From the NCBI GenBank assembly GCA_964016885.1, contig OZ024753.1, forward strand, positions 17,484,001 through 17,548,000: 64,000 nucleotides of DNA. The letters are read 5' to 3'. The stretch is from Eledone cirrhosa (taxonomy: Eukaryota). This document shows, in pieces, positions 15,203-29,046 of the stretch; position 1 is the first letter of the stretch, and the number at the start of each line of letters is the position of its first letter. Made by a program: the position numbers and the translations under genes. The notes below the pieces were generated by a model. The model was given only the letters and a program-made list of their open reading frames with translations, searched no databases and was not told where the DNA came from.

Positions 15203-16091
15203 TCACTCTCATATATGTATATATATATATGCAGGAAAATGTATTATTATTGACGAATGACGCTTATCAGTTTGGTTTCATTTCACTATTGTTTAAAAAC
15301 TTTAATTGATCAATTTAGATATATTAGATTAAAGAGATTTATTATATGGTACGATAAGGAATATAATTTGCTATATTTTGTCGAAATTCAAAGAACAACC
15401 TATTATGAGTGATATTTTTTTTTTTGTGAATATAGACGGTAAAGTGAAGCCAGTTTCTAATTAACCTTGAAATATTACATGAAAGTATTGTTTATTATTG
15501 GTTATGATTTATTGTATTGTTCCTTCTATAAATTCCATTTAAGTCAAATTACCGTATTTGCTAACCTATTGGACGCTTCTCGTATAAGACATGAACTTTG
15601 ACAAAAATATAATTTTAGTACATTTCGTCATAAACGTATTAAATATTATTCATTGTTTTTTTCGACATTATTTTGCTTATAAAAATTGTATTTTACTACC
15701 CTACTGGTAATACTGATAGTAATACAAACTAAATATTTCAAACCATAATTGTCTTCACCCTACCTTCGACCTCCCACCGGTCATACGGACGTATTGGACG
15801 CAGGCAAGATTTTTTTAATATGGTTAAAGTAGTCCAATACGCGGCCATATAGAGTATAATCGATATGGAGCGCGTAACTTTATTCAAAATTCCAAAGTTT
15901 TGGTACTTCTTAAATTATCTGTTATCCCACAATTGCAAGACAAACATACACTACCTTATGTCATTTTAAACATACACTACCTTATGTCATTTAAAACATA
16001 CACTACCTTATGTCATTTAAGCAATTACCATTATCCCACAAATATTATTTCTCGCACAAACAGTGAATCCTTCTCTTTTTCGATTTTAATT

Positions 16092-16948
16092 ATTCCTAAG
16101 TAAATATCATATACATCACATTTCGGCTTTAATTTAGAGCTGTAAGCTCCAATGCACATATTTGTTTCACTATGGAAAATACTTTCAGTAATTGGACAAA
16201 AAATGTTGACAGAGTCCGATGTGTCCGAAGTTAATTTTTAATATATATACAAGACTCAACAATGCAGATGGCTAAATCTCCGGGAAACAAAATGAGGTGG
16301 TAGTGAAAGAGAGCGCAAGAAAGGGGTAGAAAGAGACGTAGAGAGCGCAAGAAAGGGGTAGAAAGACAACAAGAGTTAGTTATCTTGGAATCGATTTATT
16401 AGTCCCTATATTACGGATTTCACATCCATCAACAGGTTTTCTAAGGGGAAAGAGTTGTGTCGTGGAAAGGACAACGCGTGGCCTTTATTGTTTACCATGT
16501 GTGTACAATTGAATTATATATAGTAATTCAATTGTACACACACGGTAAACAATAAAGGCCACGCGTTGTCCTTTCCCGAACAACTCTTTCCCCTCAGAAA
16601 ACCTGTTGATGGATGTGAAATCCGAAATATAGGGACTAATAAATCGATTCCAAGATGACTAACTCTTGTTGTCTTTCTACCCCTTTCTTGCGCTCTCTAC
16701 GCCTCTTTCTACGTTTCTTCCTACCTCTCTCATTCACTACCATCTCATTTTGTTTCCCGGAGATTTAGCCATCTGCATTGTTGGGTATTGTATATATATT
16801 AACAATTAACTTCGGACACATCGGACTCTGTCAACATTTTTTGTCCAATTACTGAAAGTATTTTCCATAGTGAAACAAATATGTGCATTGGAGCTTACAG
16901 CTCTAAATTAAAGCCGAAATGTGATGTATATGATATTTACTTAGGAAT
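16092..16948. repeat. Near-perfect ~860-bp palindrome (arms ~425 bp, centre ~16520)
   Basis: attcctaagtaaatatcat... mirrors ...atgatatttacttaggaat; centre gaatta-tatatag-taattc. Confidence 0.92.
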
Positions 16949-17775
16949 TAAAAATTAAATTCTACTTTTGGCACAAGGCCACCAATTACCCAGTGCATTA
17001 CTGGTACTTTATTTTATCGAACCCGTGTATATATATATAGATGTATATATATATATATATATATATGTGTACATGAAGGCATACACGAAATGATTAAATC
17101 AACACATAAATCATGACAGAGTTCTAAGCCATGATCATGTCATAGCTATCTCAGTGGTTAAGTGAGAACACTGAAGACAAGTGTTTCAGGATGTTTTATC
17201 TGCCATCAGTGATGTTTACTCACTTCATTCTGAGATTAAGACAAGCTATAGCTTACATATTTTTTTGCATACAAGAGATCTCTCCTGGAGAAGTCCGATA
17301 GTATATATAGGGTGTTTGACTTGGATGGTATTAATTGACAGTAAATCTAATAGTTTGATTCCTTAAAGAGGTGCATATGAAAGCAGATCCGATATATTTA
17401 CGTATAACAAGCTTCTCCATTTCTCGAACGAATGACATAGGAACCCGCGATATGGTAATTTGCAAAGAAGCACAGAACTGCCCAGTGTATGATATTAAAC
17501 TAAATTTATGGAACGTTTATATGATTTAAAATAATTGGAACTCAGGATTCGTATGTTGTAAAAATAAACAAACATTTTCACAGTCTATACTTTACAAATA
17601 TGAATAATTTTTGGGGACATATTTTAAAGAAAATAATTGCCAGTTTTCTAAAAACCTATTATATGCTAAAGTAAAAGTAATTTCTAACAAAGGATCCAAA
17701 ATATAGGAAATATTAAACATTAAGTTACAAAATTAATATCATGAAGATTAATGTAAATAGCCTGAAAGTAAGAAG

Positions 17776-17822
<47 letters not shown>

Positions 17823-17825
<3 letters not shown>

Positions 17826-17990
17826 CAATGTTTGACCCCGACAGCAGAGCGCAAGCTGTTTCGAAACGTCGAAACGGCTTGAGCTCTGCCGTCGGGGTTA
17901 AACATTTTCCTATTACCCACTCTACTACCCCAAGTATTGGGTACTCTGGTGAGTAATGTTCTAGCCAGTTTCAAAGTGAATCCATCCGTG
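17823..17990 (+). mobile_element. Family A mini-element (fold-back hairpin plus tail)
   Basis: Arms 17827-17863 and 17869-17906; tail cctattacccactctactaccccaagtattgggtact matches 57092-57128. Confidence 0.75.
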
Positions 17991-18002
17991 TATGTATGTA
18001 TG

Positions 18003-18034
<32 letters not shown>

Positions 18035-18074
18035 GATATATGTACGTATGGATGTATATATGGATGTATATATG

Positions 18075-18122
<48 letters not shown>

Positions 18123-18193
18123 TACATGCATACGTACATATATGTATATATATATATACATACATATACGGATGGATTCACATGGATACCTAT

Positions 18194-18785
18194 GTCAAGT
18201 CACCAGTTGGTGCTACTGGTAACATGTATCCCAGTACAACCTGTCTCATGGTCGGGTGGTTGGCGACTAAACTGGCAACCCCACCAAGGTGTCTTGGTGA
18301 GCAGGGTGACTTTGGACATCCTGCAGGACTAAAAACAAAACATGTCAAAGGGCAAAGGAGCTCGTAAGGCATATCGAATTTTACCGGGAGAGATGACCCC
18401 TTAGCCTTTGTCTAGGAGAAGGAAAACTCTGATATAACACCTGCAACCCTGATGGTATCCAATGATGTTGATTTGTTCTTCTTTTTGGTAAATATCATCT
18501 TGGTTAAGAGAGTGGGACTGGCTTTGGGCAGTGCCTTTGCTCACTATAAAAGCTTGACGGCACAGGCATTGCTTTATATCTGGAGATCTCTCTACCCTTG
18601 TCGTCACATGGTACCATGGGCCCAGCACTATGTGTCAATAATTGTCACAAGTGTAGTGTTTGTACCAGAGTTTTCAAATCGCTGGCTGGACTAAAACGTC
18701 ACACTCGTTCAGCGCATCGGTAGGGGTTCTCCTACATGGATATAAAGTAGTGGCCGTACTCGAAAACGAGTTGGCAGCCACCATG
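18194..18785 (+). mobile_element. Non-autonomous RTE-derived element, subfamily A
   Basis: RTE-like 5'UTR motif TAGGAGAAGGAAAACTCTG; 3' part encodes a C2H2 remnant CHKCSVCTRVF..LAGLK.HTRSAH; (ATGT)n tail. Confidence 0.75.
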
Positions 18786-18901
18786 TATATATGTATGTAT
18801 ATATATATATATGTATGTATATGTGTGTGTGTGTGTGTGTATGCATGTATGTATGTATGTATGTATGTACATATGTATGTACATATGTATATATACATAT
18901 G

Positions 18902-20701
18902 TAACTTTGAATAACTTCGAAATGTTTTGGCCAGTATTGGCCCAGGCCATGTCTAACTTAATAGCACCACCTGGCGAAGTCTTTCAATTCAGGATTTGGG
19001 CACCATGGCCCATTCGAGAAGAGAATTACTGTTTGCGGAGACATATCCGGGTGTGGGTGGTTTGTCCGGGATTACTTGGAGGAATTTGTCCAAAGACTTC
19101 TTGAATTTTGTGTGGTCAGTTTCTGTTTTGACGTGTCCTGGTGTGATGTTGAAGAGAGCAGGGCCGATTGAGGTGAAATAATTGTGCCGTATTGTTGTTA
19201 TGAGTTGCGATTTAGATTTTTGAATGGGACGGATAGAACGGGGCCCAAGCCTTGGGTGTATCTTGAAGGCGATGCCAACATCATTTGGGCAGTGATGATG
19301 GAACATTTTCCACATCATGCAGATAATATAACGCTCACGGCGACGTTGGAGTGAGTAAAGTTTCAGGTTTTCTAATCGACCCCAGTAGTTAAGGTCTGAC
19401 ATGCCATCTATCTTTTTCGTGATTGCCCTTTGAGGAGCTTCAAGTTTCATGATACTTTGTTTCGTGTGGGGAGACCACAGTGGACAACGGTATTCAAGGT
19501 GTGGTCGGGCAAAAGTAGAGAAGAGAAGGATAATGGTGTGGGAATCTCTCGACTGGAAGGTTCTGAGGATTCAGGAACACATTCTGCGGGCCATGTCAAC
19601 TTTGCTGCTTATATGCGTGGTCCAGCTTATGTTGCTGTCCACGGTTACTCCCAAGTCTCTGATGTTGTTAGATGCCACGAGAGTTTCCCCGGAGGGAAGG
19701 GAGTACGGGAGTTTTAGAGCATCCTCTTTTCCAAAGTGGATCAGTTCGAATTTGTCTTCGTTCAGTAACATGTTGTTCTTTTCTGCCCATTGGGTAACAG
19801 CCAGTAGGTCTGACTGAAGGCTTATCCGGTCATCCACGCCATTGATGACCTTTTGGAGCTTGGAATCATCAGCGAAAATTTTAATGTTGCTGTGTTTGAT
19901 GATGTCAGTGATGTCATTAATATAGATGATGAAGAGAAGTGGGCCCAACACAGTGCCTTGTGGGACCCCACTACTGACTTTGGCTGGGCTTGATTTGACT
20001 CCCTCAACTACAACATGTTGGGTTCTGTTTGACAGGAAGCTCTTGATCCACTGCAGCAGCTTTCCAGTGACACCAATATTGGACAGCTTTCTCAGTAGAA
20101 TGTTATGATCAACCCTGTCAAAGGCCTTGCTGAAATCAAGGTAGATAACATCAGTGTTGGAACCCTCTCCCAAGGCTCTCAAAATGTCATCAAAGTGATG
20201 CAGTAGCTGCGTCAGGCAATCCCTTCCATTACGGAATCCATGCTGGTTGGAGTTCAGCATATTGTTACTCTCAAGGAAGTGGCTCATTCGCGATCTCACC
20301 ACTCTCTCAAATACCTTAATGATATGAGAGGTGAGTGAGATTGGACGGTAATTCACGGCAAGGGATTTGTTTCCCTTTTTGAAAACTGGGACAACAGACT
20401 GGGATAGAAGGTTTTCTGGCACATATCCAGCATCCAGTGAGTTCCGCCACAGATTGGCAAGAGGAGATGCAAGTTGGTGTTGACACGCCTTCAAGACACA
20501 AGCAGGGAACCTATCGGGACCTACTGCTGAATTATGCTTGATTTCCTTTATTGCCGCCAAGACATCAGGGGCGCCAAACGTTATGTCCGATAAGGTGTAA
20601 TGGGGAGTAACATCGCCGATACAGCCCAGATCGGCCATATCAGGATTGCTGAAAACAGAGCAGTATTGTTTCTGCAGTATCTCACCCATGGTTTTAGCAT
20701 T
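18902..20701 (-). pseudogene. 5'-truncated CR1/L2-type LINE ORF2 (reverse transcriptase plus C-terminus) with one premature stop
   Basis: Motifs [48 protein letters not shown]. In-frame TGA at 19571-19573 is TGG in the 52.6-53.3 kb copy. Both ends abut TA-rich microsatellite. Confidence 0.93.
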
Positions 20702-21563
20702 TATACATATATATGTATGTATATATATATATACATATATATGTATGTATATATATATATATACATATATATGTATGTATATATATATATACATATATAT
20801 GTATGTATGTATATATATATATACATATATATGTATGTATATATATATATACATATATATGTATGTATGTATATATATATATACATATATATGTATGTAT
20901 GTATATATATATATACATATATATGTATGTATATATACATATATATTTCCGTGGAAAAGATAAAGGAAAGAAAAGTGCTTTGTGTATAGTACAGAGCTAT
21001 TTAATTAAATATATAAATATATATAAATGTGTGTGTGTGGGTATATATATATGAACGAACACACACCACACATGTATATATATAATTACACGCGCCCAGT
21101 TAAACATTAATTTTGAATCTTTTAATTCAACGCTTTATTTTGCTCATAATTATAATTAAAATATTTTTATATAATAAACAGTAAATGTAAATCATGTCTA
21201 CGTTGTCCATTTAATTATTTCTAAAAGTTGTAAATATCATTTAGTAGAAGCAAACTAACATTAGTGATATCTTGGCAGATAACGTTTATAAATGAAATTT
21301 TGAAAAAACTAGCCTGAATGAAGCAACGTTTATGAGTGGTTGGTAAATACTGTTGTCACAGATGGCAACATACAAATATTACAACAAAACATTAACTTTT
21401 AAATAATGAATTAAATCTACTGTAAGCGTACTAAAGAGAACAACAGACTCTTTCAAACATAAATATTTATGTATATATACATATATATAGGAAACAGTAT
21501 GACCCCGACAGCAGAGCTCAAGCCGTTTCAACGACTATTTCTGGTTATATGTTTTATGTGTTT

Positions 21564-21634
<71 letters not shown>

Positions 21635-22095
21635 GGAGGTGAGTTTTATTGTAGCACAATAAAGCAATGCAAATATCCGGTAAGTAGCACTCTACAGTTT
21701 GTACTCTACAGACCTTAACTTGATATTATTCTTAACCCCTTAATTTAATATTATTCTTAACCCCTTTTTCTCGTTAACTTTTAATTTCAAATTCTTTTAA
21801 ATTATCTATTATCTTCCAACGGCTTTTTATTTTCTCTCTGTGAGACAATATATATTTTTCTCAGTTGTAAAGGCTATCTCTCTCTCTCTATCACCCATCT
21901 CTCCTCCTCTCTCATCCTTCCTTCTTATACTCCTCCCCACCATTCTTTACTCTCATCTACTCCTCTTCCTTACTCTTTCCAACCCCCCCTCCTCACTTTT
22001 CCCAATGTCACACATCAATCTTAAATTATTTTTCATATGTTGATTTAAAACTTCACTATTCACAAGTGTTTTTTAACCTTCATATCTTGTATCCC

Positions 22096-22166
22096 TATTT
22101 TATCTGATGAAAACGCAGATATCATCTCATGATGATATTTGTTTTTGAAATGCGCATAATAAAATA
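22096..22166 (+). ncRNA. Type I hammerhead ribozyme (family C)
   Basis: tattttat-CTGATGA-long stem II-GAAA-tgcgca-TA-ataaaata; stem III region ATGCGCAT is self-complementary; inverted tail copy at 21633-21700. Confidence 0.82.
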
Positions 22167-23672
22167 CTTGGAACTCTTTTAACCATCTTTTGATCTTATA
22201 TTATATGTATATATATATATATACATATAGTTATTCGCTTAAACACAACACACGTGAATCGGGTGCCTATAATTGTCCCGGACTCGAGTTTCTGCCGCAC
22301 TAATGCAGCAGTAAGGTGCACAGCACCATCCGTCTGTATATATTATGCAACAATGCACAATCGGCTTATGCGGCTTCATCAGCGGGTATCGCCTAATCAA
22401 TAACCAATCGATCGACAGAATCAAAACACCAGCCGATGCCGGTCATGACTGTTTGTGACGACTGACACGGTAAAGCGATTAGCAACTGGCAGCCGATAAG
22501 ATTCTATCTCTCGACTAGCCACCAATTTACAAATTTTACGTGGTGGCGGGAGACTAAGAGAATCAATCTTCTCGTTCCTGTCAGAAGCACTGAGCCAACG
22601 TGTCTCACACACAAATTATTAAGAGGTGAAAAGATGGCCATTAGAAATAGCAGTCCAGATCGATGTATAATAGAATGGTAGCATTCGGTTCATGTCTCCA
22701 AGTCCCATGGCTAGAGGTAAGCGATGGTAACAATGGTAGTGCCAAGAACCTTTAACGGACTTTAAATGCGATTATCCATTATAGAGCAATATAGTAGCGA
22801 GCTGAAATGTGTCAGCCGCGTGCGTAGAGAACCAGTCTATTTCACAACTTAAAAGAGTGAGAGACAAAATTAATAGCAGGAAAAATAGAGTGCATATCAA
22901 AACAAAAACAATAAAAAAGTGAAAAATTGTTTAACTTACTGTCAATAGTCCGCTAGTTGGCATAGTATATATATAAGTCAATTGCATAAACTCATAATCC
23001 TTTATTTACTGCTATATATATTTCGATGATAGCCATTGAATGGCTATGACCTCAGTCAGTTCTTAGATATGCCAGCTCTGTGTTTATAGTGTTGATGGTA
23101 TCAGAGCCTTGGGACATATGAGCTTGTTAGGAATAATTTAATGTTGTATATTAGAAAAGGGAAGTAAGGTTCTATACAAAACAGTGGATATAGAGAAAAG
23201 GTGAAGTTGGAAATAGCACGGAAAATGTATTTAAGGGTCTGTTTTTCTTTTTTTATCCTTTCTTTGATTCGTCAAAGTGACATTATTGAAAAGATGACAT
23301 TATTAAAAAAATGCGAGGGACAACTCCTTTATAAAAAAGTTTTATAAAGTATATAAAATATTACCGGTTTCGATGTATTATTAAAATTCATCTTATCAAA
23401 TGTTGAGTATTGAAATAAAAAATTAAAAAGTATTAATAGGAGTTAAAAACTAAACATTAAAGATTTAATGTTAGAGTAAGTTCTTTTTCCATCTTTCTTG
23501 CTCAAAATTCGGCGTGTGTGTGTGTGAGAGAGAGAGAGGTAAAACCTGACACCGGCGCCAACGGTTTCGGTTTGTATTGGTATTTTACCTATCTCTATAA
23601 CCAACTCTACATGTCCCTATTATTGAGTGCTCCGATGATTAGTGGTCTTGCCGGTCCCAACCCTGCAAACAC

Positions 23673-23713
<41 letters not shown>

Positions 23714-24705
23714 AGTAAGTATGTTTTGAAACAGTGAGCAGGTTTGAAATTAGAAAATATATAGCTTTCACCGTATTTTTGACTAAAGGAATTTTAGCCT
23801 GATATTGGGGTTTAGAACCCTCAGATAAATGGAAAAAAGATGAGTATTGACGTACATGGGAGTCGACCCCACTTCTTTGGTTATCGCGATATATATATAT
23901 ATATATATATATATTATTATTAAGGCCAGTTATTTCAACGGAGCCATACCAGGAACGTACAATTCATTGATCTGAGGACCAACCTTGTCAACCTTTGCTG
24001 GTGAAAGTAACCGAAAAATGGCTTCCGGAGGAACATCTTATTTAACATGTGTCGGTCAAGTGAACCAACTGTCTAAGGTCGAGCCAATAACCTTGTTAGA
24101 ACTCTATTCAGTCGTCAATAAATGATCCCAACTAAATAGTGCTACAAGAGCTTTAGTTTTTGTAGTAGGATTTAATTCCATAAGGTTCCATCAAAGATTC
24201 GGATCGTGCTACAGTCATAAATACATATATGTGTTTTGAACAATGAAAATAAAACAAACGGCGAAGATTCTTAATTAGTTCATTGTTTTACGGTCGTTTC
24301 CAAGGGTTTGATCATGATGCATCGATATATTGACTAATAGAGTTTGGTTCTACAACCACCTATTACTAGTCTCGATACAGAAACAAAATTAGACTTGTGC
24401 CTTAATCAGAAATGGCGTGTGGTAAAGATACAAGTGTTTTGTCTGTTTATATATTCAGTGATAAACTGCGATATATTCTAAATTATATATATAGTTCCTT
24501 CTTAGTTGTTAGTGTTTGGCTCACGATTATAAATTCTGAGTAAGATTCCTAGAGCAGTGTGTCTTTGATAAAGACATATTTCACGTTGCTCCAGGTGACT
24601 CAACGAATTGTACCTGAACATCTTGTCACACCTATAGCAACCTGAATGACACAGAAATCTACGTCAAATCTACACGTGTCTGGAATGATCAGTCAGCTGT
24701 AAGTT

Positions 24706-25010
24706 ACGAGGGTTGGCAGAAATGTTCATAGGCTAACCAAGATACTCTCATGGAATGATCAAAAGCTGTTTATTTTCCAACATAGATCGTAGAAGGAAAC
24801 AATGCAGTTATTTATAAGAGTTGAAATTAATGCATGCATGATTTCACAGCTCTAGCATCACTCCTTCATAGGCTGAAATGTTCATAGGCTCATCAATATA
24901 CTCTCAAGTAATGACTAAAGGATGTTTATTTTTCAACATAGTCTTAAGAAAGAAACAATGCAGTTATTTATTTCATAGCGCTAGCATTACTCCTTCAGCC
25001 GGCCCTTGTA
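24706..25010. mobile_element. Tc1/mariner-type MITE with internal duplication
   Basis: Begins TAcgagggttggcagaaatgttcataggct, ends ttcagccggcccttgTA; homologous to 9458-9652. Confidence 0.65.
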
Positions 25011-25489
25011 TTTTGAGGAGCTGGCTGTTTCAGTTGATCGAATCAACTGGAACACTCTTCGCTGGAATCGACGGAGGTACCACAACATATTTAATTCTTT
25101 ATAGGAAACGCAATCAGTAGATTCTAAACAAAAACTAATCAATATTTATAATACGTGTTGTTGGTTATACTAAACAACATTAGCTCTATTTGGAATGAAA
25201 CAGTAAACTGCATCTGTAATGACATGATTGTTAAATTGTGTTACTCTAATTTATGGCGCATAATTATTGCAAATATACAAATGAGAAATCTCTTTTATTT
25301 AATATGTTAATTTAATAAATATTCTTTATTTTGAAAATTACCATTAATTTCATTATTTTGAATAAACTGTATGAAATCTGAAAATGGTAATTATTGTTGC
25401 TACATAAAAGTCTGGTATTACACAGAGGTAAATCTACAGTTGAGAACATTACCTGTTATATGTCAGGGGACACGTAAATTAATAATGTA

Positions 25490-25685
25490 ATAATTGTTTT
25501 TACTATTGGCACAAAGCCAGCAAATTATCCCAGTGCGTTACTGGTACTTTATTTTATCGACCTCGTAAGGATGAAAAGCAAAGTTAACCTCGGCGGGATT
25601 TGAACTCAGACCATAAAGGGGCGTAACTCTATGCTGGAATGCATGGCGTCCGACCCTGTACCAATACAGCCAATCCACCGCCCTT
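25490..25685 (-). mobile_element. Common ~190-bp SINE
   Basis: Reverse complement match to 11108-11298. Confidence 0.85.
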
Positions 25686-26184
25686 TGCCAAATGGACTGC
25701 TGAATAAAGACTAGAAAGTGATGGACACACACAGACACACACACACACAGGCTCAAACACCAGCACAGAGACACATATACACACATAGGCACGCACACAG
25801 GGACATACACACAGGCACACACATACAGAAACACACAATTTATGGCTTAATGGGAGGAGAAAGGGAACCTAGCTACGACCATATTGAAGGCCCCAGAATA
25901 TGATTGTGGGATAAACTAGTAGACTCTTTTATCTTTTAAAACCTTCCTAGGTATCATCACCATCATCAGAATAAAATGGTAATAGTCTTTCCACTCTTTC
26001 TGACAGTCAGCAATGGGTCATAGGGATAATGGTTAGTAATATAGTCGTTGCTAGATTTAGAATTGCTCAACAATTAAATTGCATTGGTTATTTCCCTTGT
26101 ATATGTTTGCTGATATTTGCTTTGTCTTTTATTATTATGGAAGCTTCTAGAATTTTACCTTTTCATGGTATATTAGATTTTATA

Positions 26185-26375
26185 TAATTGTTTCTACTTT
26201 TGGCACAAGACCAGAAATTATTCCAGTGTATTACTGGTACTTTATTTTATCGATCCCGTGAGGATGAAAGGCAAAGTTAACCTCAGCGGGATTTGAAATC
26301 AGACTTAAAAGGCCATAACTTTATACTGCAAAGCATCGCGTCCGACCCTTTAACGATACTGCCAATCCAATGCCA
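26185..26375 (-). mobile_element. Common ~190-bp SINE
   Basis: Reverse complement match to 11108-11298. Confidence 0.85.
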
Positions 26376-27632
26376 TTGAATTTTATATAATATTAGCAAC
26401 TAATATTTTTTTTGTGTCTAATGTTTTATGTCGCAATGGATTTTTGTAAATGCATAGTAAAATGTCGGAAAAGTGTCGTAGTTGTATTCGATGTAACATG
26501 TTAATATATAAAGATAATAACCCTCATATTTACACTAATGTTTAGATATAACTTTCGTTATATGAAATATGTTCTCCAACTTGAATGTTTGAGGTTTCAT
26601 TTTTATGGCAAGGTTTTTAACTTTCGTGTATTTTATATTTATTCTAAGTGTTGGTTTATAGTTATGTGTGAAAGATGTAAGTTTCTCTATATACCACTTA
26701 TACCACTTAAAACAGTGGTATATTTTATGGGGAACGTCATATATATTCAGTGACATAGAATGTTGTAAATGTGTTAACGGAAATTATAAAAGAGGTTATT
26801 AAATAATCAAGAAGTAAGAAACATTTAATATATATCTTCTCAGCTATTGATAATATATAGCTTTGCTCTCACATTGAATAAGGAAATATAGAAATATAGT
26901 GATAACGTGAGAGTAATGGTGTTATACAAGACGAAAACAAGAAAAAACCGAATGATTTTATCAGGCTCTGGAGATTGTGAGAAGTATAATTATGATTAGA
27001 ATCGATTGATGACAGTTATGGAGGTGTGAAGGAAATAAACACACATAACCAAAGATGAAAATACAAACCTTAAATTAAATCTGTAGGACTTGTAAACTAT
27101 TGATAATAATTTGAAATATGGAAAAGCAATAGGCAGGTCTTCGTTATTTTAAAGAAAACCGAAACAATACGTTACAAAACATAAGTAATATATTACTCGA
27201 TGAGAGAACATTCATCTAAGTTATGAAAACATCATCACTAAGTTAAATAGTAATAACTCTTGTAATCATGTTTAAACATGATTTATTCCTTTCTAATCTA
27301 CAGAATGAAAATTTAGCTTGGTATATATGTTTAATCAGCTCTTAAATATTACTGGAATTCTATAAGAATTTAGTTTCTATAACCCTCGACAGAAGCGAAG
27401 GAGTGAGTGGTCTTGATAAACGCAAATGAGGGAGAAACAAGACTATCGATCATTCTCTATTGCTTTTGCCGAGAATAGGTAAGTGACATAGTCACTACTT
27501 TAAAACTTATAGCGAATGTCTTCAAAATCTTTTTAACTAAACATACAGTATAGTGCTAAATATACTATACGTACATTTATATATATATATATAGGTTTAG
27601 GAATAACTAAAGAGTGCTTAGAAATACATTGT

Positions 27633-27692
27633 TTTATTAGCTAACAGTGTTTCATCCGTACCCTAAGGCAGGAATCATCAGAGCCTATAAAC
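27633..27692 (-). ncRNA. Type I hammerhead ribozyme (family G)
   Basis: Minus strand: ttataggct-CTGATGA-ttcctgccttagggtacggat-GAAA-cactg-TT-agctaataa; in a ~250-bp insert between (TA)n runs. Confidence 0.6.
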
Positions 27693-27846
27693 AAGAGTAT
27701 ATCAATAGTTGCATGTTCCATCAAGCTGCGTCACCAGAACAAGGGCCAGCTGGGGGGTCACTCTGGGTACATCGAGCTAAAACCACACTGTCATACCAAG
27801 CGCAATATATCTGCGTGTCTGGGCACATTGATATATTTGTCAACGA

Positions 27847-27897
<51 letters not shown>

Positions 27898-28084
27898 ATG
27901 GAAGTTTAGTAAAATCGAAGCTTCGGCTGTAGCCAAGCCAACGAGATACAATGAGTAATTGTGTTGCCAAGCACTCGATGAGGAATCTCAGAGTAATAAC
28001 ATTCGTTAGACGGCATGACAAATTGAAAACTGTGGCAGGCAAGCCCAGCCACGACACCGAAGCAAGGAGAAAACCAACAGGTTA

Positions 28085-28151
<67 letters not shown>

Positions 28152-28605
28152 TGTGTGTGTGTGTGTACGGTTTCATTATTTTAAATTTACATCTTGGAAT
28201 TATTTCCCACTGTTATAACGCGTGTTTCGTCAACAAGTGTTTTAGCACGCTTTACTGTAAACCGTATCTTATAAAGACGTATAAACGCCTGAAGACAAGG
28301 TCACAATTTTGAACCCTCTTACATTCTACAGGTATGGTCGATATTGGGCCTTGGGTACCACTTTTGTTATGAATGAACATAAATAATATATATATATATA
28401 TATATGTACACGTACATACATATATGTATACATCACGTACAGTAGTATGTATATATATATACATACATGCACACATATATATATGTACGTATGGATTCAC
28501 CGAACATTTATTATAATGCTCGGTGTGTTTGTAAACAAACATCCCGTATTAAGCCGTAGTATCTAGCAACCATCGTTGCTCGTTTGTTCAACACTGACAA
28601 AGGAA

Positions 28606-28646
28606 CGCTGTACTAGTTTCAAGCTTATTAGCTATCGTCAGCAACG
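28606..28646 (-). ncRNA. Minimal type I hammerhead ribozyme (family E)
   Basis: cgttg-CTGACGA-tagct aata agctt-GAAA-ctag-TA-cagcg. Confidence 0.85.
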
Positions 28647-29005
28647 TATACCTTCCTGCCCGATTGTTGAACGTATATACTTACCTTATGCATATTAGCG
28701 GCTGAGTAGCCCAATTTGCATATCGAGTGGGTTAATCGGCAGGGTGCACCGAAAACGATAAACGGCAAAAATGAAACGAAATTTCATTTCCCACTCTTAG
28801 TACGGCTGTTACTTAAATATAAGTATGTACACGTACATACATATATGTATACAGACGTACAGTAGTATGTATATATATATACATACATGCACACATATAT
28901 ATATGCACCCGGCCGATTAACCCACTCGATATGCAAATAGGGCTACTCAGCCGTTAATATGCATAAGGTAAGTATATACGTTCAACAATCTGGCAGGAAG
29001 GTATA

Positions 29006-29046
29006 CGTTGCTGACGATAGCTAATAAGCTTGAAACTAGTACAGCG
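29006..29046 (+). ncRNA. Minimal type I hammerhead ribozyme (family E)
   Basis: cgttg-CTGACGA-tagct aata agctt-GAAA-ctag-TA-cagcg; palindromic ACTAGT stem III. Confidence 0.85.

Noticed and set aside
20702-20854. N-terminal extension of the LINE RT ORF
   Set aside because: Read-through from flanking microsatellite; the element is 5'-truncated at ~20701
23640-23670. Twister-like GCCGGTCCCAA motif
   Set aside because: The complementary P4/T1 partners and the rest of the twister fold are absent; it lies in a Penelope-type tail
23970-24015. CTGAGGA...GAAA possible hammerhead
   Set aside because: No convincing stem III-UH or stem I closure
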